From IMG/VR virus record IMGVR_UViG_2740892370_000017, positions 1 to 23,984 of that record: DNA of 23,984 bases. The stretch is one strand, 5' to 3'. The DNA comes from a virus (lineage: Duplodnaviria; Heunggongvirae; Uroviricota; Caudoviricetes). Below the pieces are notes generated by a model that did not search any database, was not told the origin of the DNA, and worked only from the letters and a program-made list of their open reading frames with translations. The position numbers and the translations under genes are program-made. Position 1 is the stretch's first letter. Each line of letters begins with the position of its first letter. This document shows positions 9,100 to 16,867 of the stretch, piece by piece.

Positions 9100-9246
9100 T
9101 CACACAACACTCAGCCCACGGCAGTGGCACCACACTTCAAACATTCGTTTCACAATTTCACGACAGTAGAAACCGTCAACATCTCGCGTCAGGTCATAGC
9201 GATTGCCGTAACGCTGGCGCACCCATAGCTCAAACGCTTTATTCAT
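9100..9246 (-). CDS. hypothetical small protein (48 aa)
   Basis: Not in the ORF track (too short). ATG at 9246 with SD GGAAG; reads MNKAFELWVRQRYGNRYDLTRDVDGFYCREIVKRMFEVWCHCRGLSVV; stop 9100-9102 lies 8 nt before the xis start. Tightly packed with neighbours. Confidence 0.35.
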   Translation of the reverse strand: MNKAFELWVRQRYGNRYDLTRDVDGFYCREIVKRMFEVWCHCRGLSVV

Positions 9247-9249
9247 TCT

Positions 9250-9492
9250 TTACTTCCTTTTCATGGCCCGTAATTTTTTCAGATGAGCTTCCTGCTCTGT
9301 TTCTGCCAGAATTTGTCGGTATTCCTGGTGATCAATCCGTTCAAACAGTTCATTGAAATCGTTTATTTTTACTGACTGTGTTCGCCCATCCATTCTTCTG
9401 TACAACACAGTGTTGTTTATGCAGCGAACAATTTTTACCGGGTAATCGGCATTGTCGGTATACAGTTGTCCCTGATTAATCAAAGAGAACAT
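9250..9492 (-). CDS. hypothetical protein (80 aa)
   Basis: Track ORF 9250..9615 overlaps the next gene; internal ATG at 9492 (MFSLINQ...) has SD AGGAG and removes the overlap. Confidence 0.5.
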   Translation of the reverse strand: MFSLINQGQLYTDNADYPVKIVRCINNTVLYRRMDGRTQSVKINDFNELFERIDHQEYRQILAETEQEAHLKKLRAMKRK

Positions 9493-9523
9493 TTTTTCTC
9501 CTGCTCTCTGAATAGCGAGAACT

Positions 9524-9895
9524 TCAGAGCCGTATGTTTGTAGCGGGTTCAATACTGATAATTTCTGCTGAGATAAGCATCCCGGCAAGCCAGAGCTCTC
9601 CGGACAGGTCTTCATCCTGGCATATCAGTTCGCCAATATTAATGGTGGCCATGATGTCTGTTTCCCCTGTACGCTCATCCTCGACTTCTTCATAAGGCAG
9701 CGTTGCGTACAGGCTTTCAATAGCGCAACTGATAACATCGAGTCCGGTCAGGTTGCCACCGACAGTGACTTCGAATGTTTCGCGGTATTCCCATAGCCCG
9801 AAAGTTAATCGAACGGTTTGTTTTGCCATGCGTCCGCATGACGTCAGATTTGGGTCATAGTTCATTATTTGCGGTTGAGTATTATGAGTGTTCAT
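9524..9895 (-). CDS. hypothetical protein (123 aa), acidic
   Basis: ATG 9895 with SD-like AGGGA; no recognised motif. Confidence 0.5.
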   Translation of the reverse strand: MNTHNTQPQIMNYDPNLTSCGRMAKQTVRLTFGLWEYRETFEVTVGGNLTGLDVISCAIESLYATLPYEEVEDERTGETDIMATINIGELICQDEDLSGELWLAGMLISAEIISIEPATNIRL

Positions 9896-9936
9896 CTGCT
9901 TTTCCCTTAGCCCGACGGTCTGCCGGGCATATTAAG

Positions 9937-10267
9937 TTATTTAACCTGGATAAATGGTGTATTGGCACCACTGGTCATGTATTGCGGCAGCGTGCCGTTC
10001 CATTTATTGATGGCTTCCAGCTCCACAACACCGGGGTTCTGACGCAGAGCTTCACCGCGTAAACGAATAGCATCGGCTTCAGCCTGGGCTTTTGTGCGAA
10101 TCGCATCAGCCTGTCCAGTAGCGACCAACCCCGACCACTTCACCGACGCCTTTGTCGTCGTCAAGTTTGTTGACTTTGATGCCCACATTACCAGGCTCAA
10201 CACGATCACAACCGACAAGGCCAATGGCAGGCAGAACAATGGCTAAAGAAAAAATAATTTTTTTCAT
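9937..10267 (-). pseudogene. lipoprotein gene remnant, frameshifted (N-terminal signal/lipobox in one frame, SPFH/band-7-like C-terminal tail in another)
   Basis: Frame A from ATG 10267: MKKIIFSLAIVLPAIGLVGCDRVEPGNVGIKVNKLDDDKGVGEVV... (signal peptide plus LVGC lipobox) stops at 10106; frame B (track 9937..10239) continues ...VATGQADAIRTKAQAEADAIRLRGEALRQNPGVVELEAINKWNGTLPQYM..., which resembles the C-terminal tail of prohibitin/HflC-type proteins. Total is far shorter than an intact protein of that type. Confidence 0.4.
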
Positions 10268-10452
10268 CTTTTATCCTTGGTGAAAGAAAGCCCCTTATAA
10301 ATGGCACAAATGCACGGCGGGGTCAGACACGCCAGAGCAAAGCCAGAAATCACTGCTACCGTATCCTTCATTGATATGAGGGCCGGAACGATTAATCCGT
10401 AAATACATGAGATAATTGCCAGTGATATAACTATTTTGAAATAAATGTTCAT
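10264..10452 (-). CDS. small hydrophobic membrane protein (62 aa)
   Basis: ATG 10452 with strong SD AGGAGG 5 nt upstream; two hydrophobic stretches; stop overlaps lipoprotein ATG as ATGA. Confidence 0.55.
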   Translation of the reverse strand: MNIYFKIVISLAIISCIYGLIVPALISMKDTVAVISGFALACLTPPCICAIYKGLSFTKDKR

Positions 10453-10512
10453 GGTCCTCCTGATGTATGCGGCTTGCCTTATTTAATTGCGTCATGGTTA
10501 ATTTCGTTTACG

Positions 10513-10905
10513 TCAGAATGGTTTTGTTGCCATCAGTTCGTAATATCCGGCGCTCCATGTGTCATATTTTCTGAACCATTTTTCTGTATACTGTTTCCTG
10601 GCGATGAGTCTGCGCAGTCGTCTGATTGTTCGCTGGTGTGCGCGGGTATACTCTGTGGTTGATTCTCCACGTTTCCATATCTCATTCCCGTTGAAGATAA
10701 AACGCTTGTCAGGATAGCGTTGCCGGAATCCTGAACGTTCAAAAGCGCGGGTGGTCATAAAGAATGCCAGGTAACGAATTGCCGTTTTTCGGGTGAGGCA
10801 TTTTTTTGTTCTTCCGTGGCGTGTTACAAAAAATAACGGGCCGACGGGTGTATCATGTTTCTGTAATGCCTGGTCAATGGCGCTGGCGGTGCGGTTGTCG
10901 ATCAT
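10513..10905 (-). CDS. hypothetical protein (130 aa), basic
   Basis: ATG 10905; ATGA overlap with upstream track ORF; no recognised motif. Confidence 0.5.
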   Translation of the reverse strand: MIDNRTASAIDQALQKHDTPVGPLFFVTRHGRTKKCLTRKTAIRYLAFFMTTRAFERSGFRQRYPDKRFIFNGNEIWKRGESTTEYTRAHQRTIRRLRRLIARKQYTEKWFRKYDTWSAGYYELMATKPF

Positions 10906-11091
10906 TTCTTTATTTCTCCCGAATAACGTTCATGACTCATTACTTCCCAGTTCCGGCCGTCGCCTTTCGATAACAGCCGCCAGCAACGGTTAACCTTCAG
11001 ACTGAGATATCCGGTGCGCTGTATCCGATGCGGAAATATCCGTCGGCATCGGTACAACAACAGGACCTGCAATGCCTGCCGGTGGATCCGC

Positions 11092-11307
11092 TCAGGAATG
11101 CGTGTTGCTGTTAATGCCACCGGTTTCCTCCTGAGCAGGTGCTGTTATCTGATACCCCGCTCTTTCTGCCAGCCGTATGAATGTATCCATGCTGGCAATC
11201 AGCTCGCCATCGCGGACTTTGCAGACACCTGTGACTTGGCCATTTTCAATTGTCATAACGATCTGCACTTTTTCGCGCACAACAGATACAGGGGATAAAT
11301 TAGCCAT
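11092..11307 (-). CDS. hypothetical protein (71 aa)
   Basis: ATG 11307 with SD GAGGA 8 nt upstream; protein-like composition. Confidence 0.5.
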   Translation of the reverse strand: MANLSPVSVVREKVQIVMTIENGQVTGVCKVRDGELIASMDTFIRLAERAGYQITAPAQEETGGINSNTHS

Positions 11308-11432
11308 CAGTTAATTCCTCCACTGGTATATTTTTCTTTCGCGTAATCAATAACCTCTTGAAAAAGGTTGTCTATAATTAACTTTCCGGTTTCAGTCAGG
11401 TATTCAGTATGTTGATTAATCCCGATAGCATT

Positions 11433-11666
11433 CTAGTATGCAGTGTGGATTTCGGTTTCACCCTCCACCCGGCCCAATTCACCACGGGTAATACCTTCGA
11501 AGCGTAACAGCAACTGGTTTATAAACTGTTCAGTTATTTCTATAGTCGCAATGTTCCCATCCGGAAGGTCAACAATAAGCAGATTACCACCTGTTTTACG
11601 TTTTATTCGATGGAGTGCCGCAACAGCTATACGGCGACGATATGTATTAATGGGTTCATATGCCAT
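11433..11666 (-). CDS. hypothetical small protein (77 aa) with Arg-rich N-terminus
   Basis: ATG 11666; N-terminal ...TYRRRIAVAALHRIKRK... is Arg-rich; sits just below a 200-bp AT-rich intergenic region where a leftward early promoter would be expected. An N-like antiterminator role is speculation. Confidence 0.45.
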   Translation of the reverse strand: MAYEPINTYRRRIAVAALHRIKRKTGGNLLIVDLPDGNIATIEITEQFINQLLLRFEGITRGELGRVEGETEIHTAY

Positions 11667-11865
11667 TTGTTATTTCCCGTATGCTTTACGCAGAAATAAG
11701 CAGGCAATATGCATGTAATTTTCACCGTGTTGTGCAATAAGACAGGCTGTTTTGTGTGATGTCTTATGTTTTATAAAAGTCATAATAAAGGCTCCAGTGG
11801 ATTAAGTGTGTGATAATCCCCGGCGATTAAGCCGTAATATATTGTTCAGCGATAATATGTTTTAT

Positions 11866-12066
11866 TTAACTGGATAGTTCTTTTTCAGTTGCTGCTTCAG
11901 CATAGCAACGTGCAAATTCAAGAACTTCATCACCTGTTCTTTTTATTGCATCGTTGTCTGACATTTGTAATACGACAACTGCGCATAATAAATCATGGAT
12001 ATTGTTTGCAAAGGAATCCGGTGCCAGGCATAAGCCTTCATACTTATCATGGATATTGCCAGTCAT
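11866..12066 (-). CDS. hypothetical small protein (66 aa)
   Basis: Track ORF 11866..12108 overlaps the upstream gene; internal ATG 12066 (MTGNIHDKYEG...) has SD AAAGGAG 8 nt upstream and starts 5 nt after the upstream stop. Confidence 0.45.
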   Translation of the reverse strand: MTGNIHDKYEGLCLAPDSFANNIHDLLCAVVVLQMSDNDAIKRTGDEVLEFARCYAEAATEKELSS

Positions 12067-12071
12067 TGTTG

Positions 12072-12743
12072 CTACTCCTTTGCTTCTGATTTTCCCGTTA
12101 ACAACCACACCAGGTCACAATTAAGCGCACTGGCCAGTGGTACTATCTGATCAGCAGGAACTTCACAGATGCCGCATTCCCAGTCGTTTATGGGGGCACT
12201 GTAGGTATGAATCATGCGGGCAAGATCAGCTTCAGTTAAGCCCAGTTTTTTACGGGCGCTTTTGATGCGTGCGCCAATACTTTCCACATGGACTTCAGGC
12301 GCATTTACGCGAATAGCTGACTCGCTGTTTTTTTCACTCAGCAGAGAAAGCGGATCGCATCCCAGGACGTTTGCCAGGGGGATAAGCATGCTGATGGTTG
12401 GTTCGTACTCTCCGCTCTCCCATTGCAGAATAATCTCTTCGTCAAGATCGAGTAGTCTGGCCAGTTCGGTGGTCGTCAAGCCGCAGGCTTCACGTTGGGT
12501 ACGGATTTTTCCAAAAAAGTGACTATGCGAAACCATAGCTTTTGCCTCACATAGTTTTTCTGCAAAAATTGATGCAGTTTCTTCTGTTTTTTGCAGGGAA
12601 CGCATCAGGCATCTGATTGCATTATAAACCCTCTCACTTTCTGCTCCGTTTTCTGACATGTAGGAATAGATCATTCCAAGCAGCGAGCCGCCTTCTTGTA
12701 TTTGTGCTGCAATTTCATCCATCACCTTAACTGCATGCTTCAT
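12072..12743 (-). CDS. double helix-turn-helix (XRE-type) DNA-binding protein (223 aa)
   Basis: Two HTH_XRE-like segments (...GLTTTELARLLDLDEEIILQWESGEYEPTISMLIPLANVLGCDPLSLL... and ...GLTEADLARMIH...INDWECGICEVPADQIVPLASALNCDLVWLLTG). ATG 12743 with SD AGGAGG. Lies immediately downstream of cI on the same strand. Confidence 0.7.
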   Translation of the reverse strand: MKHAVKVMDEIAAQIQEGGSLLGMIYSYMSENGAESERVYNAIRCLMRSLQKTEETASIFAEKLCEAKAMVSHSHFFGKIRTQREACGLTTTELARLLDLDEEIILQWESGEYEPTISMLIPLANVLGCDPLSLLSEKNSESAIRVNAPEVHVESIGARIKSARKKLGLTEADLARMIHTYSAPINDWECGICEVPADQIVPLASALNCDLVWLLTGKSEAKE

Positions 12744-12919
12744 ATGAGCCTCCTGTTGTTTTAATTTTACAATAGCTAAAGCGTTTGGTTATGTCAATCG
12801 CTATAGCTATGCATTTTGAGCAGCAAAGAACAGATTATGAGAGAAATGAGACGATACGTAGGGAGTTGAGATACAGGAAAGTAGAGCAGCTGCGCAATAC
12901 AGCTGCCGGTGATGTTGAC

Positions 12920-13624
12920 TTATCCGACCCTGTTATACTGGATTGACTGATGAATGAGAACTTTCCCCATTATGAATAGATGTTCTTCAGCTGATTCACT
13001 TATAAACCATTCCTTGTAGGCCGGATTGTCTGATATAACAGCAAGTTGCATCCCTTGCATTTGCAGGCGTTTGATATGGAAGGTGTGCCCAAAAATAAAA
13101 ACATAGATACCGTCAGTTTCAAAATTTCTGACGGATACGTCGACAAACACCTGATCTCCTGCACACAGAGTAGGAGCCATGCTGTCGCCATCAACTGTTA
13201 TCATCTTTATGATATTTGCTGGCCTGCTACAGAACAGACGTCTTGCGGCGTCATGTGAAAATTCTATAGCATGGACCGTTTCTGCAAAATCTGAAACAAG
13301 GAATGTTCCTGGTCCCGCGCTGGCAGCGATATCCAGGACTTCCACACGAAAAATATCCTTATCATTTTCCAGCGGGGAATATGATACCTGTGGTGTCGGA
13401 TTGCAGGATGTGCTTTCTTCTGGGGTCATAGGACCAACACCGTACGATAGCCACTCGGGGCGCACGTTCAGGGTATTGGCTATCTCCACAACTTTCCTGG
13501 AGCCTGTGGCACCATTAACCAGTTTATTTACGCTCGATTGAGCCATGCCAACCTCTCTGGCCAGTTTTCCCTGCGAGTATCCGCGGATAGTCATAGCTAA
13601 CTGTAGCCTGTCTGAAAAGCTCAT
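12920..13624 (-). CDS. cI: cI-like phage repressor (N-terminal HTH, C-terminal LexA/S24-type autopeptidase domain)
   Basis: From ATG 13624 (SD AAGGAGG): MSFSDRLQLAMTIRGYSQGKLAREVGMAQSSVNKLVNG... (HTH); C-terminal ...VDGDSMAPTL... and ...HIKRL... match the Ser/Lys dyad context of S24 peptidases. Divergent from the Cro-like gene. Confidence 0.85.
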   Translation of the reverse strand: MSFSDRLQLAMTIRGYSQGKLAREVGMAQSSVNKLVNGATGSRKVVEIANTLNVRPEWLSYGVGPMTPEESTSCNPTPQVSYSPLENDKDIFRVEVLDIAASAGPGTFLVSDFAETVHAIEFSHDAARRLFCSRPANIIKMITVDGDSMAPTLCAGDQVFVDVSVRNFETDGIYVFIFGHTFHIKRLQMQGMQLAVISDNPAYKEWFISESAEEHLFIMGKVLIHQSIQYNRVG

Positions 13625-13747
13625 AAGTCCTCCTTTTTCTGCCCTTTTAGTGTATCGCCTTAGCGATATATACACAAACCGCTTTTCCGCACATTGTAAT
13701 CGCTTTGATCAATCGCTATAGTGAATGGAATCAGGTTGGAGGTCGAT
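13625..13747. promoter_or_regulatory. cI-cro divergent control region with operator candidates
   Basis: 16-bp perfect palindrome TATCGCCTTAGCGATA at 13653-13668; additional ATCGC half-site copies at about 13697 and 13710; 13-mer TCAATCGCTATAG at 13708-13720 recurs at 12794-12806 upstream of the double-HTH gene. Confidence 0.5.
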
Positions 13748-14011
13748 ATGAAAAATGAAGGTATAGCCAAGGCTGTAGATATTGCGGGAAGCCAGATTGC
13801 TCTGGCTAGGCGTTGTGGTCGCGCGCAGTCAACAATTTGCGACTGGCTGAATGGGAAGAAAAAAATTTCTCCTGAATTTGTTCCGTCTCTGGTTAAGGCG
13901 GTCGATGGGAAAGTCCAGGCGTATGAATTTCGTCCTGATCTACCGGAGCTTTTCCCACACCCAAGCTTAGCGCACACAGAAGATGGAGTGTGCGAAGGAG
14001 ATAAACAGTGA
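13748..14011 (+). CDS. cro: Cro-like small HTH regulator (87 aa)
   Basis: ATG 13748 with SD GGAGG 7 nt upstream; ...IAGSQIALARRCGRAQSTICDWLNGKK... is HTH-like; divergent from cI across the operator region. Confidence 0.6.
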   Translation: MKNEGIAKAVDIAGSQIALARRCGRAQSTICDWLNGKKKISPEFVPSLVKAVDGKVQAYEFRPDLPELFPHPSLAHTEDGVCEGDKQ

Positions 14012-14715
14012 ATACAGCAATTTTTACCGACAAAGCATCTATGACCAGCGTTGAGATTGCTGAGTTGGTTGGTAAGCGCCATGACAATGTAAAACGCACT
14101 ATTGAAACATTAGCCAAAGGTGGTGTTGTCCGGTCTCCTCAAATTGAGGTTTCCGAAAGAATCAATAACTTAGGGTTTAAAGTTCAACACGAGCATTATC
14201 TGTTTGAAGGCGAACAAGGCAAACGCGACAGCATTATTGTTGTCGCACAGCTTTGCCCTGAATTCACCGCCCGCCTGGTAGACCGCTGGCGTGAACTGGA
14301 AGAACAGATCCGTAAGCCAATGAGCGAAATCGAAATGGTTGCCGCGATGGCGCTCGAGGCTGTTCGCCAACAAAGACGTCTTGAGCATGTGGAAGAGAAA
14401 GTCATCCACGTTACCGAAACAGTCGAGCAAATCAAAAGAGGCACCATACGCGATGGTTATGCAGGCTACCGTCAGCTGGTGGCGAAAACGGGTATGTCAG
14501 ATGCGAAATGTCGCAATCTGGTGAACGCATATCAGATCCCTACTGACACCCATGAATTTATGACGCCGGATGGATTGTTGTCTCGTCGCGCGATTGTTGC
14601 AGTAGAACCCTTCATGTCTGCTTTTCATCGCATGATGAGTGAAGCAGAACCACGGGGTACTCGCTGGTATCACCCGAAGATGGGGCTGTTCCAGGCGCTG
14701 GGCTGGCAGGGGTAA
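14008..14715 (+). CDS. phage antirepressor/regulatory protein (Rha/ORF6N-like N-terminus)
   Basis: GTG 14008 overlaps the cro stop; SD AAGGAG 7 nt upstream. N-terminal ...MTSVEIAELVGKRHDNVKRTIETL... matches the conserved FGKRHDNV-type motif of Rha/ORF6N antirepressor-like proteins. Confidence 0.6.
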   Translation: MNTAIFTDKASMTSVEIAELVGKRHDNVKRTIETLAKGGVVRSPQIEVSERINNLGFKVQHEHYLFEGEQGKRDSIIVVAQLCPEFTARLVDRWRELEEQIRKPMSEIEMVAAMALEAVRQQRRLEHVEEKVIHVTETVEQIKRGTIRDGYAGYRQLVAKTGMSDAKCRNLVNAYQIPTDTHEFMTPDGLLSRRAIVAVEPFMSAFHRMMSEAEPRGTRWYHPKMGLFQALGWQG

Positions 14716-14734
14716 TTATGCTCACAGGTAACAC

Positions 14735-14914
14735 ATGCAAGTACTCAATCGCTGGTTCCGTGATGGAAGAGGGCGTCGCGTCCACGTTATACGCTGGGAG
14801 CCTGAAACACAGCGGGTTATTTACCTGCGTGATGGTTATCCGGATGAGTGCTTCAGCCCACTATGGTTGTTTCGTCGTGATTTTGTTGAGTGCGAAGCGC
14901 CACCAGCATATTGA
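14735..14914 (+). CDS. hypothetical small protein (59 aa)
   Basis: Not reported separately by the track. Frame from ATG 14735 reads MQVLNRWFRDGRGRRVHVIRWEPETQRVIYLRDGYPDECFSPLWLFRRDFVECEAPPAY, more protein-like than the overlapping frame of the 340-aa track ORF. Confidence 0.4.
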   Translation: MQVLNRWFRDGRGRRVHVIRWEPETQRVIYLRDGYPDECFSPLWLFRRDFVECEAPPAY

Positions 14915-15188
14915 TTCTGCAATTCCGGGACGTTACACTGCTCAGGCACCTTATAAAGCGGGTGCCGGGATTGGCGTCCTGAAACTTACAGAAGAGCATA
15001 ACCGCGCTCATGCGGTTTTTTCATGTCATGAGCATTGCTACGCCCAAATTATGGTGGGGCGTGCAGGGGCATCGCAAGATGCGCCGGGTTCTTCTGTGAC
15101 CGGTTACGCCAACCCTGTACGTCTCACCACCTCTGTGATTGGCGTCCCATGTGGTGAGTGTTTTAAACTCACAGAAGGGGCTGTCATC

Positions 15189-15740
15189 ATGACTACTCTC
15201 CCAACCATCGCTCAACCTGAACTTTGCATTGTTGCTGGCAAAGTGGTTACTTCTTCTCTGTCTGTTGCCTGTTATTTCCGCAAACAACACAAAAATGTCA
15301 TTCAAAAAATTGCGTCTCTTGAATGCTCTGCCGAATTTACTGAGCTGAATTTTCAGCCCAGTGAATACACCGACGCATCAGGCCGCAAACTCCCTTGTTA
15401 CCAAATCACCCGCGACGGTTTTGCATTTCTTGCTATGGGTTTCACGGGTAAACGTGCTGCCCGGTTCAAAGAAGCATACATCAATGCCTTTAACCAGATG
15501 GAGAGGTGCTTATCAGGAGTTGGTGCGGCTGATATGCCATCTGTCGCACAAAACGCCAGAGGCGTATACCTGCATTTGCGAGAAATCCACCAAATCTGGA
15601 CAAGCCAGCTTTATCCCATGCTTAAGGCTGTTGAATCTCCGCTGGCTAGCAAACTGTACGACCGTGTAGGTGATGCTGTTTTTGGTGCTGCACTTGTTGA
15701 TTCCAGACTGAACGGTTCTGACAAGGAGGCGCACCCATGA
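15189..15740 (+). CDS. Rha-family phage regulatory protein (183 aa)
   Basis: Internal ATG 15189 of track ORF 14718..15740; ...YFRKQHKNVIQKIASL... and ...ITRDGFAFLAMGFTGKRAARFKEAYINAFNQME... match the pRha domain pattern (FGKRHDNV.R.I.NL ... MTRDGF.LLAMGFTGKKA..FK.AYI.AFN.ME) as I recall it. Confidence 0.65.
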   Translation: MTTLPTIAQPELCIVAGKVVTSSLSVACYFRKQHKNVIQKIASLECSAEFTELNFQPSEYTDASGRKLPCYQITRDGFAFLAMGFTGKRAARFKEAYINAFNQMERCLSGVGAADMPSVAQNARGVYLHLREIHQIWTSQLYPMLKAVESPLASKLYDRVGDAVFGAALVDSRLNGSDKEAHP

Positions 15741-15970
15741 TTCGCCGCGTCGTTAGTTCCCTGTATCACCGATACAACCACTGCCCCCGTGTGGGGCAGT
15801 GGTTCACCACCAGCAACGGTCACGTTCTGCGGGTTTGCCTGGTCAATACAGAAAGCCAGAAGGTTGTCTGCCAGGTTCAGGGATGTACTCATACCCTGAG
15901 TTATCCGCTGGTGGCGTTTCAGTCCGGAAAAATGTTTAAACGCCTGGGAGGTGGCTATGCGTCCGTCTGA
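15737..15970 (+). CDS. hypothetical small Cys/His-containing protein (77 aa)
   Basis: ATGA overlap with Rha gene stop; Cys/His pattern (HCPRVG...CLVN...CQVQGCTH) could be a small zinc-binding fold; function unknown. Confidence 0.45.
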   Translation: MIRRVVSSLYHRYNHCPRVGQWFTTSNGHVLRVCLVNTESQKVVCQVQGCTHTLSYPLVAFQSGKMFKRLGGGYASV

Positions 15971-16850
15971 TCTTCTGCTCGATTTTGGACATCCGGTTGC
16001 TTATTACCCTGGGCTCGTTAAATACATGGGAAGTCCGCACGCTGTTATTTTCTTTGGTCAGATTTTTTACTGGCAGGATAAAGCACATGCAGCGGAAGGC
16101 GTACATAAAACGCGTGAAGAGATACAACACGAAACAGGACTTACATTTGAACAACAGGCTGTAGCGCGTAAGTATCTTGTGTCCAGAGGCATTTTGGTTG
16201 AAACCAACAAGCGTCTTGAGCACAAAATGTTCTACCGTATAGATTGTGAGCGCCTTAATGAAATTATCAATGAAAACAATCAGTTTTCCCGAAATGGGGA
16301 AACCCGTTTTCGGGAAACTGTAAAACCCAATTTCGCGGAGGAGGGAAAGCCTTCACCGCGGACACGGGAAACCCCTCGCCGCGGAGAAGGGAAAACCAAT
16401 TTCGATCTTACAGAGAATACAACAGAGATTACTTCAGAGAATACTACAGAGAGTAAAAACACTATTGGCGCATCCGCTGACGCGTCTGCACCAGCACGTT
16501 CTGCCCGACAGGAATATTCACCGGAATTTGAACAGGCCTGGCAGGAATATCCCAAACGTGCTGGTGGTAATTCCAAGTCAGCAGCCTTCAAAGCCTGGAA
16601 AGCCCGTATCAGGGAAGGTGTGACACCCGAAACCATGCTCAACGGTGTGAAACGCTATGCCGCCTGGGTGCGTGTCTCAGGAAATACCGGCACCCAGTTC
16701 GTGAAGCAGGCATCGACGTTCTTTGGCCCCGATCGGCACTTTGACGAATCCTGGCAACAGTCAGCAGCTCCCGGAGGTGGGCGGGGCAAAAGCCTCCCGA
16801 TCTCGGGATTCAGTGAACAGGACTACGGCTCAACGAACTTCAACTGGTGA
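15957..16850 (+). CDS. replication initiator (lambda O-like) with internal origin repeats
   Basis: ATG 15957 with SD GGAGG 5 nt upstream; N-terminal region HTH-like; the coding sequence contains direct-repeat arrays (16288-16458); followed directly by helicase loader and DnaB-like genes. Confidence 0.65.
   Translation: MRPSDLLLDFGHPVAYYPGLVKYMGSPHAVIFFGQIFYWQDKAHAAEGVHKTREEIQHETGLTFEQQAVARKYLVSRGILVETNKRLEHKMFYRIDCERLNEIINENNQFSRNGETRFRETVKPNFAEEGKPSPRTRETPRRGEGKTNFDLTENTTEITSENTTESKNTIGASADASAPARSARQEYSPEFEQAWQEYPKRAGGNSKSAAFKAWKARIREGVTPETMLNGVKRYAAWVRVSGNTGTQFVKQASTFFGPDRHFDESWQQSAAPGGGRGKSLPISGFSEQDYGSTNFNW
16288..16458. repeat. candidate replication origin: GGGAAAC-type repeats and four 12-bp-phased CAGAGAnTA iterons
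   Basis: GGGAAA(C) recurs about five times between 16297 and 16396 with inverted element CCCGAAA/TTTCGGG (16288-16314); CAGAGAATAC, CAGAGATTAC, CAGAGAATAC, CAGAGAGTAA begin at 16411, 16423, 16435, 16447, exactly 12 bp apart, encoding the repetitive peptide TENTTEITSENTTES. Confidence 0.55.
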
Positions 16851-16867
16851 TTTTGTGGGGTGTGAAA

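Noticed and set aside
10902-11120. 72-aa Arg-rich minus-strand ORF between the 71-aa and 130-aa genes
   Set aside because: Overlaps the upstream gene by 29 nt and has an Arg/Leu-rich composition typical of spurious frames; its stop does overlap the next start (ATGA), so it cannot be fully excluded, but I did not list it as a feature.
10295-11298. Track ORFs 10295..10495 (-), 10474..10662 (+), 10533..10742 (-), 10793..10993 (+), 11014..11298 (+)
   Set aside because: Each overlaps a better-supported minus-strand gene in another frame or on the opposite strand and lacks an SD.
14718-15740. Single 340-aa ORF reported by the track
   Set aside because: Only the C-terminal 183 aa (from ATG 15189) match a recognisable Rha domain; the N-terminal 150 codons look like out-of-frame translation and overlap a better small ORF in another frame.
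16280-16460. Possible CRISPR array suggested by short direct repeats
   Set aside because: Repeats are 7-12 bp, lie inside a coding sequence and have the spacing of replication iterons; there is no repeat-spacer architecture and no cas genes.
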